64,000 nt of DNA, from positions 62,001 through 126,000 of the forward strand of contig ADNK01000260.1 in the NCBI GenBank assembly GCA_000320545.1, written 5' to 3'. A program made the translations under genes and the position numbers. Shown piece after piece: positions 55,107 through 64,000 of the stretch (position 1 is its first letter; each line of letters starts with the position of its first letter). The notes under the pieces were generated by a model. The model was not told the DNA's origin, did not search any database, and was given only the letters and a program-made list of their open reading frames with translations. The stretch is from Bigelowiella natans CCMP2755 (taxonomy: Eukaryota > Protista > Cercozoa).

Positions 55107-56896
55107 TCATTGGTTATGCTTCTGCCGCTTATCAACTGTCTTGAGGGCAAGCTGACCACAAGCCCCACTAACGTCTCGGCCAGATTCGGTTGAATCACGA
55201 ATGAAACAAAGAATTCCTTCTTCTAAAATTACTCTCTTCATTACTTCCATTGCTTCCTATATTTTACAACAGAAAAATGTACTCAAAAACCTACCAAATT
55301 GTGCTGTAAGAATTTATTTACCGAACTAGGAGTTTCAAATCCTAGTTTTTCTGTGGGATTGCACGGAATGAGATTTATTTTCACTCTGCGCCCCTTAAGT
55401 GCTTGTGCCAACCTAAAAACGGAAGTTTTGCGATGCCGACCAAGATATTTTATCTTCACGGACCATAAATCACGAATACTACAAGAATCAAAAATTGAGC
55501 CTAATGTAAATATGATTACCTTCTGGCATGGTCCTCTCTGTCATTTACTCCCTTTATGACCGTGTATTGTATGAAAGAATGATGAGGTGACCTTGATAGA
55601 ATCGAACGGACATCACGCTAATGGGAACTATCAACCGAGATCTATGCAATGTTCACTACCTTTCGAGGTAATAGTCCATAGCATTGAGGATGTCTTCCAT
55701 CGAATTAAACTTTCCGCTGGGTATAAGTTTCTCCCGTAGTATCTAAGAAATTCGTCGTCAATTTATTGGTTTACGTTTCAGGAGTGGTACCATAGTACTA
55801 GTAGTAGAGTATCACCATCAGAGAGTTGTTCTCGTTAACTTCCCCCCCCCCACACACACACACACATATATATATAGTACACCTCCCTCATAACTGCTAC
55901 TATTACTGCTACTATTACTGCTACTATTACTACCTGGTCTGGAGCATGAAGAGATACTGCCAGTGCTACTTTTGGCACTTCATCAGCAAGTCGGTACCTT
56001 TAATTATCACTGTCTATCAAAAGCAGCAAACATTGCGACACACAACGAACGATGGATGAGTAACTGACATGTTATCGATCACGCCAACGGTTGAGACCGT
56101 AATATGAGCCAGACCCAAATTAAACATCCGCGTATCGTGTATACCTATTATTATAATTATTATTATTGTTTGATGATTTAATGTGATTGTCTACGATAAT
56201 ACCACGAATGGCTCCAAGAACATTGAGATAGTTGTCCAATGGTTCTCCCATACCTCATGGATAACGCAACTTAGCTCATTTAATAGAAACCATATTTCAA
56301 TTAATGAGAAATTTCCAACAAATACCCATAAAAACGACGTTTCTGATAGGTTTGATCTGTTGTGCAATCTGGAGCTGAAGTATTATGGTACAGTTGTTGA
56401 CAAAATCTACTACGATTTATTCTTTTTCTATCAATTCTACATTGAAATGCTTTTCTCTGACATGGATTATTATTGCTTACTACCTGCTCCAAAATTTCAC
56501 CGGAAGAAAGGTTTCGAATTAGTCCCATCGTTCCAGTAGCGCAAAAACGACACCCCATTCTACAACCCACCTGGTGAGATATTTTCCCAAAAAGATAGAT
56601 GATGGATGATTATATCTTCAATGAGAATCATCTTGGAACAAACGGGAGAGAAAGAGAAATAATGAGGAATAGAAGGACTTAAATTACCTGGGATGAAACA
56701 CAAAGCGCAGCATAGGAATCGTGTTGTATAATGACAGATTCTATTAGCTGTCCATCATGAAGCTCCACTATAAACTTGATTGTGTCATTGTTCTTGGATC
56801 TCTCAACCTTATAATTGCAAAAAAAAAAGTAAGATCATAATTAATAATAAGTATTGAATCTCAAAATGATAGGGCTGATGCTGCTAGAATTTCGTG

Positions 56897-56933
<37 letters not shown>

Positions 56934-58081
56934 GTTATTATGACTAGAACAATATTGAGGTTGTAACCTGCACGAGCTTAGATGTACACAAACTGAATTC
57001 TTGTTCAAGAAGTGAGTTCGCTACCTGCCAATAAAAACAAAGAATGTACTTAGTATAAACTCCCCAAATTTTCATTATATTCTCTGTCACATTCATTCAT
57101 ACGTCTGTATCCGCATCACACGTAGTCGTAATAATAAGGTTTCTTCTACCTTGGGGATATGGGGAACGTCAATGGAACCATTATCATCCGAAAAAGGATT
57201 TTGAATAGCATACTTCCATATTTTTGATAGATGGATATGTTTGATACCCAAATCGTCGAAGCTGTGTTGTCACCATAACAATATACCAAATATAGTTATC
57301 ATACCAATATAACAAATATGGTTGAAGGAAACGAGGAGGAGGAGGACCGACACTAATTGTATGCTGCTGCCGTAACATTTTTAATGGCGGTGGTGGTGCT
57401 GCTGACCGGCTGCATATAGCGTCGATGTCTAGCACAGATTTCTTGCTTTTTGGAATCTGCTGTGGAAGGGAGATTGATATATCGGAGTGTATTCGTCCAA
57501 TTGTAGAAGAAGAAGATGGTGATGAGAATGATGATGATGCTAGGGAAGAAGCTGAAGACGCTGCTTCAATAGAGGAGGAGGAGGAGCGCCTTGAGCCGCC
57601 TTGTGTGAACGTAAATAGACCACTGCGACCTCTCATCCTTTGGAACGATGTGGATGGCAAGGATCCTACTCTCAATTCTTCATCGGTTGATGATAAATTA
57701 ACCTGAATTATCCATTCAAATGAAAAATTTCGACGATTCTAAAATGAGTGAATATTGCAACCTTTGCAGTGCAGCGAAAAGACGATGCATCGTTAGTAAG
57801 GCCTTTGATATTGGTGATCCGTCCTATTCTGAACGTCTGATTTCGTGACAAACAAAGCGTACCACGGACTACTTATTGTAGTTTGGCAATGATCGAGAAC
57901 GTAGGCCTACCGTAAATCGTCCAGAATTTCTCTTTGAAAACCCCGATGGTCTTCTAAGAAGGCCCCTCGTTTTACAGGGGTTGAATGAGAGAAAAATTGA
58001 GAGAAGAAAGGTGAACGAGAGCATAAATATCGGGGTCGGAGTTTGTGCCCCCCTGCCTATCATCAACAATGGTCTCCCCAT
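55107..58081 (-). CDS. rlmN: RlmN/Cfr-family radical SAM RNA methyltransferase with an apparent bipartite plastid-targeting presequence
   Basis: [68 protein letters not shown] and [11 protein letters not shown] (catalytic Cys). The first exon has hydrophobic [16 protein letters not shown] followed by an Arg/Ser-rich tract. Confidence 0.9.
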
Positions 58082-58437
58082 TGGTCAGCTTTTCAGTGCC
58101 TACTCAGGTTTTGCTTTGGTGTCGTTCAGTTCGTTTATTGATAATCAGATAAGGGATATAAGTATCCCCTACCTTTCTGTGTAAATTTATCCCGCTTCTA
58201 CTAATCCATCATCGGATAAGGAGGATGAGGGGGAGGTAGGGTCGATATTCTTCCGTCTTAATGAGATACAGGCCTTTCTTAACGTGCGTCTCAAGCTATA
58301 TCCACCAATTTTCTAGATTTGCATCCCATAATGTCGTTGGAACATGTTCGTGGGGATTTATAACCTACGACATTCTTTAGCCTCCAACTTATGGTAATAT
58401 ACCGATAACACCACACTCGAAGGAGTACCTACCAGCG

Positions 58438-60028
58438 ATGGACCACGAGGCAGCACGCCTAATTAAACGCGCTCCGACGATAAACAACAAAACTCATAAC
58501 TGCAGCCCCTTCTTTAAAGGGTTTCTGGCTACAGGAGCCCTATTTCTTGCTTTAACGTTTGCTTTACAACCGAACATCCACCCACCAATGATTGGAAACC
58601 TTGGATCTCGTCTTTCGGTACTTATTTCCTCTTCCTTCCCATTATCTCTAATTCCGCACATGATCCGCACAGGCTTTAACTAAGCTCCAAGCTACTGCCC
58701 CTTCCTATCGGGCAATGTGCAAGGGGACACTAACTGCTTCTGGTCTATGTATGGCATTCCATACCGCAGGTAGTGTACTCAAAATATAGTGGTAGATACG
58801 TTCAGGTATGTTTTCACTCTCCCAATTTGTAGAACAATCTACAAGTGGTGTAAGGACTAGACGTGGTATACAAATGACACCGCGAGCAACAGCTGAAGGA
58901 GAGAAGAATCATCTTCTCATAGTTGGTTGTGGTACTCTGGGAGAGCGGGTTGGTAGACTATGGAAAAAGCAGTACCCGAATACTGATGTCATCGGGGAAA
59001 CTAGAGGAACATCTCGGCATCAATCCTTTGAATCTCATGGTGCTTACTAAAATTTAAGCTTTAATCTCTGCAGTAACTAACATTATTTATTAAGGTATTA
59101 CGCCAAGGCTGGCAGATGCGGAAGGAACTGATATCCAGTACCCCTTCGTAGTATTTAGTGCTCCTCCAAGCAGTAGCACAGATTATGTCGCTTCCGTGAA
59201 AAAGGCTATTGATCAATGGGATAAATCTGGAGCTTTTGTGTAAGCAAGTTTTTCGTTCCTGATGATAACGTCTGAGTGAGTGAATGTAATAGATTTACTT
59301 CGTCTGGAGGAGCTTATGCGGAAGAAAATGGAGGCATTGTGAAGGAAAACTCTCCCACCAAGGATATTGAGAAAAACCCTCGGACAAAATTACTTTTAGA
59401 TTCTGAGCAGGTTTGGCATTGAAAAAAGGAGAGGTAGTAGCGTAAAAGGATTTTGCTATGATGTCACAGGCTGTCTTGGATGCTGGTGGAACTGTGCTTC
59501 GGCTTGCTGGTTTGTACACTCTACAGCGCGGAGCGCATAGCTACTGGTTGCAGAGAGCTCAAGTTTCCGGGGTCGTAAATAAATCCATTGATTCAATTCC
59601 ACGACTTCGACAAATCTTAGACACTTGTTTCTATCAGTCTCCAGAGGGTCTTATCAATCTAATTCATTACGATGACGCGGCTGAGCTCGTCGTTAGCGCA
59701 CTGGAGGCGAAGGAAGCAGCTAGAGGCTCTATTTTTCTTGGGTCTGATGATAAACCAGTTACGCGGCAACAAATCTGTGAGGCAGCACTCAGTCACCCTT
59801 CATATGGTTCTAAGTTCCAAATGCCAAGTAAGCATTTTCGTGCATGGTTATTTGAAAGAATCATGCCTTAACTTGTTCACATCCTGGATACTTCATCCGA
59901 AATTTTATTTAGCATTTACGGCTCAATTTGGGGCGAAAGGAAAGCGTTATGATAATTCTGCGACAAGAGAAACTCTAAAGTGGCAGCCAAAATTCAAATC
60001 CTTTGACGAATTCATGTCACAAGCATGA
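58438..60028 (+). CDS. NAD(P)-binding Rossmann-fold protein (YeeZ-like atypical SDR / epimerase family) with an apparent bipartite plastid presequence
   Basis: LLIVGCGTLGERVGRLW, YPFVVFSAPPS, FVFTSSGGAY, GGTVLRLAGLYTLQRGAHSYWL, INLIHYDDAA, GKRYDNSATRETLKWQPKFKSF. N-terminal hydrophobic GFLATGALFLALTFAL followed by an Ala/Ser/Thr/Arg-rich tract. Confidence 0.85.
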
Positions 60029-60169
60029 GGAGCGACGTAAGCTTCTGTGGAGTTGTATTGAACAATGGGGCTGGAAGATTCCAAAATTCGTTATCGTTAG
60101 TATTCTATGAAGATTTCTTGTTTTATTTTGTGTGTAAGTTGTCAAGTCCCTGCCAATGTATATCTCAAG

Positions 60170-61540
60170 ATTGCAACGTCTAGATAACATTGTCTCTACA
60201 GTAGCACATCATGTCACAAGCGTGCATTCTGTGCCATCGTTCACTTTGCATAACTACATTGTGATACACGAGGCATGAACATAGGATATATGCAACTGTC
60301 TAGACATGGCACTTGCAGTTTCAGTGTGAACAGGAGTGAACGACGTTGTGTTATAGGCTGAGCAAACTAGCAAAGCTAGCATGTCATCATTGCGCTGGCG
60401 TGCGCATCAGCATTGCATGTTCAAGGTTCAAGAACCTGCATTGGGCACAAGACATCGATGCATGGTGAAATGCCATGCAAGCGCACGTGGACATCTTCAT
60501 GGCATGCGCAAACACACAACGTGCGTACGACAGCCTGACGAGCAACAGCGCAAGCTAGCTAGCTAACTGTAAGGCTAGCCATGTAGCCATCCCGCTAGCC
60601 TGGCATCTTGTTGGTTGCTTGTGCTAGTTTGGCACAGCCAAAAACTTGACAGCAATGCTGGAATGTGATGGAAAGCTTCGGTAGCGGGCCCGTCGTGCCC
60701 TGCTAGCCTGCGAGGTCTGGCCAGCCAGCTAGCTAGAGGTGACATCAGTTCATGCGTATCAACCACGCTAGCACGTCTAGACGCACTAGCGCAGTGGACA
60801 TTGTTGGACACGAGTCACAGTGACGTGACAACTCAACAATTGCCATGACTTGTGCCTCTCAGCTCTCTAGCTCTGGCTGTGTGCATGTGGAGATGTCTTG
60901 ATGCATGTGTTGCAAGTTCTGCTAATTCTGTCCAGCGTCTTCGTGATTGTGACATCTTGGGTCTCCATGATTGCTGAAGCGCTTCCCGTGCTTTCCTCTC
61001 AACACCACTGTCTAGCTGTGCCCAGCTAGCCAGCGAGGGCCAGCGAGGGCACACATCTCCAGCAGGGCTTTTTCAGTCCGATCCTTCACACTTGTGAGCT
61101 CTGTCTGTTCAGAGCTCCTGCGCAGATGCAATTGCGCAGGTGCCACTGACATCACGCACAAGCTCGCCAGCTAGCACAAGCAGCTAGCTCGCTGCCAGCT
61201 TCCTAGACATGCTAGCATGGCTAGATGGTTTGCTGTGTGCCGGCCCGACTGCTGCATGGTGAAAACATTCTTCTGCTAGTCTTTTCAACGCCATCTGTGG
61301 ATCTGTGGCACTGTGACGTTCGGACATGAACACAAGGCAGGCGCACCTGATGTGCGGCATGTGGCCAGTTGTGATCCACCCACTCCAGACATTGACTCCA
61401 GAGAGTCACTTGTGTTCAAAGATCACAGCCATTGTGACCTGTGAACAGCGCTTTGCCTTCCATTTTCTCTTGCTTGTTCAACCAAAAAAGTGTGAATGTC
61501 AGCATTGAAGGAAATGCGTCATCACAAAAGGCTGGATATT
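60170..61540. mobile_element. Degenerate repeat or possible TE remnant with extreme TpA depletion; includes a TGTTG...CAACA segment (60802-61004)
   Basis: Hand count over 60361-61530 gives ~29 TA, ~22 in CTAG. All five predicted ORFs here lack Tyr. TE identity is an inference. Confidence 0.45.
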
Positions 61541-62576
61541 GCAGGAAAATCCAATGTGAACGTGAATCACTTAAGGGCATACTAGCATACGTGATAGGGT
61601 TTCAAAAGTAACGAACATCACCCAATCAGCAAAGTAACTATCATTCCAATTTTCAGTGGGTAAATCGATGATTTTTTTCAAAATAAATTTATGAATGCAT
61701 GTATTTCCTCCTTTTTGTCTCCTAGTCAACGATGACGACCGTTTTGGCAAAAATTTATCGTTGATGATTATGGAGAGAAAAAAAATATTAAATCTGAGAA
61801 ATGAATCAAAGTTCGTCGCTATTTACGTTCGTAAATTGGAAAAATTAGCCATTGCTTTGCAAGAAAGGATTCTATTTACACAAATATTTTGATGTTACTG
61901 ACAAAATTTTAGATCAGTAAATTTCGAGTATGCGGCGCGGCAAATGGAAGAGAGAGAGAGTCATAAGTGAGTGAAAGAGATAAGATCTACCAATGATATA
62001 CCGGAAAATATTATTTTTTGAAATTACGAAGGAGAATTACCTCAAAAATTGCTATTTTGTAAGAATATGTATCTGAAAAAGGATGTGGAGAAGAGAACAT
62101 AAAAGAGATGTCGAGAAACCTGCCTCCAGATAACTTTCAACCGTTGGGAAAAATACTTTATCTGTAATACAGGCTATTAACATTTAATAGAAAACACATT
62201 GCCAAATTAGGCAGAAATTGAAGATGTTACAGTAATTAAAATTCTGTGCTTGATCTGAAAAAAATCTGGATCCAACACGGAGCAAACCGAAGCTTGTCCA
62301 CCTTCCTAAAGCTTCAAGCTGCCCACATTCTTAGTTGTGAGGAAACTGGCATTATAGGAGGAACCTTGCCACCCGTAGCATTTAAAATTTTCAAGTAACT
62401 TTCGGGAGAGGTTAAATTTGGAGAGCTGCCGCAACTTGAAGATATTTGAGGGAATTCTTCTGTCTTCGGGAAAATAACAAGACCACACATTGCCTTTTGG
62501 TAGTTTTCGCTGTAATTATTAAACAACACGTGTACTAAGTACATCTATGATCTTTGTGAAGAAGCATCTTGTTTAA

Positions 62577-64000
62577 ATGATTAAATCGACTGTAACTACT
62601 GTAACAAGCCAAAAGCTTGAGACGGCTGAGAAAACTGATAAGTCGGCCCTCCCTTTGGCGATCTCAAAGATGGGACTCGGTGACAACTTAATTGATGATG
62701 AGGGAAGGGAGTTGCTACCACTGCCAAGTAGCCAAAAATCAGATTCAAACTCTTTCTTCCGTGGTCCTGGGTTTAACAAAATTGCACCTCCGATTAGCAT
62801 CGTCGAAGAAGACGATTCGATTGTTAAAGATGAACTTGATATTCTCGACGTTGAACTCCGAAGAATCCTGGAGCATAGAGCACTCCTTCAAGAACAGCAA
62901 AGGCGATTGCGTAATGAGATTCACAAGGCAACGGACAAAATCAATGCTCTAAATGAAAGGAAGAGTACTTTATATGCAAAATTGGATGGCTTGGCCGAGC
63001 AAAAGAGTTCAAAACTTCCTAACGGAAAAATTGAGAGTTACAAACAGGTTGGCTGCTCTTTATTAGCTATGATTCTATCTTTCTTATTTCTGTCTTATAT
63101 CAGACGAGAGAAGAAGGAAAGCTTGGGCATCAGTCAGAAGAGCTGCGTAGGTAGTCAGTGTTCAGTAAGCGTTCCAGATATATCCTGAGTGACGGCTGTA
63201 ACAGATCTCGGGCTTCTTCTCACGAGTTAGACATCCGACAACAATATAAAGTTGGATCTTTTGGAAGTGATATTTTGCCTACCGGATTCGCCTCAAATAG
63301 CCCAAGAAACATACGTGAATTGATGAAAGTAAAGTGTGACACATGATGAATTATAGACGATAGTTCTCATTTCACAACCATTAGGATTCTCCTGCGGCTT
63401 TTTTTGGGGAAGATATTCCATCTAAATGGGGAAATGCAAAAGATCCACTTGGATACTCAAACTCATGGGGAGGACTGGATACTATGGGGGAGTTGGTTAG
63501 TTTTATGCTCAATAAAGGGTACTCGTGGGTGACACGTAAGTGTGATTCTTAGGCGAACTTTCGTGGCACCAAAACTAAACCGAATAATCCTATGGTGGGT
63601 CTACATTACCTTTGAAAACATTGCCATCGGTATTATTGAACCAGATATGTTTGTTCACATTAGATGCGGAGGGCCGCTTCTGCTCCCACAGATTTTTCAG
63701 AGCTAAGGATTCAAACCGGGAGCAGTAAATCACGCACAGAATTAGGGATAATATCATTTAAAGATACCAATGATTATGGATACATATTGACAATCAAGGA
63801 TCTGGATGGCCCATGGGTAACTAATCTAAATATAATGAACATTACTCCATTCTCGAACACGTTGACATTCTCAGGTCGGCTATTACAGCTGGAAGAGTCT
63901 GGAAGACCCCAGTGTGTCGTTGAGGCACGGAGATATTGTCTCATTCGTTCGCGTACCGAACCCCAGGCAATCTCCTCCACCTTTCATTGCAACGCAAGTA
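62577..64000 (+). CDS. Multi-exon hypothetical protein (both ends uncertain, runs off the window): coiled coil, then a possible cold-shock/OB-fold domain
   Basis: Coiled coil LDVELRRILEHRALLQEQQRRLRNEIHKATDKINALNERK. The last two exons splice to DYGYILTIKDLDGPW|VGYYSWKSLEDPSVSLRHGDIVSFVRVPNPRQ..FIATQ. Confidence 0.55.

Noticed and set aside
13695-58081. Functional cluster of two radical SAM RNA-modifying enzymes plus a metal chaperone
   Set aside because: They are tens of kb apart, separated by unrelated genes and probably act in different compartments; nothing indicates co-regulation.
60860-60970. Minus-strand LDRISRTCNTCIKTS as an integrase zinc-finger remnant
   Set aside because: Only a CxxC is present, with no upstream His pair or DDE core, and Cys is inflated by the local TG bias.
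60170-61540. CpG-methylation decay or RIP as the cause of TG/CA richness
   Set aside because: CpG is still common and TA is depleted. RIP would raise TA, and 5mC decay would remove CG.

Overview
Intron-rich eukaryotic nuclear DNA, not prokaryotic. Two genes carry apparent bipartite (signal + transit) plastid presequences, which suggests an alga with a secondary plastid such as a chlorarachniophyte (inference only). About 12 spliced genes were rebuilt by hand from GT-AG junctions: HDHD5/CECR5-like HAD hydrolase (+, 5'-partial), PIP5K (-), Zn2Cys6 transcription factor (+), a triple SH3b-like repeat protein (-), CDKAL1/MtaB (+), a small unknown (-), COG0523/CobW metallochaperone (+), SVOP-like MFS transporter (-), a ~23-kb gene for a ~4,500-aa SH3-SH3-DUF3638/DUF3645(helicase-like)-EF-hand-Vps62 protein (+), RlmN-like radical SAM enzyme (-), a YeeZ-like NAD(P)-binding protein (+) and a 3'-partial coiled-coil/cold-shock-like gene (+). 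The first eleven alternate strands. The most striking unexplained signal is a set of intergenic islands downstream of gene 3' ends where TpA has almost vanished except inside CTAG, while TG/CA are abundant and CpG is kept. This looks like a targeted, context-specific TA->TG/CA hypermutation, the reverse of RIP. No rRNA, tRNA or CRISPR was found. Exon boundaries and counts are manual and approximate.
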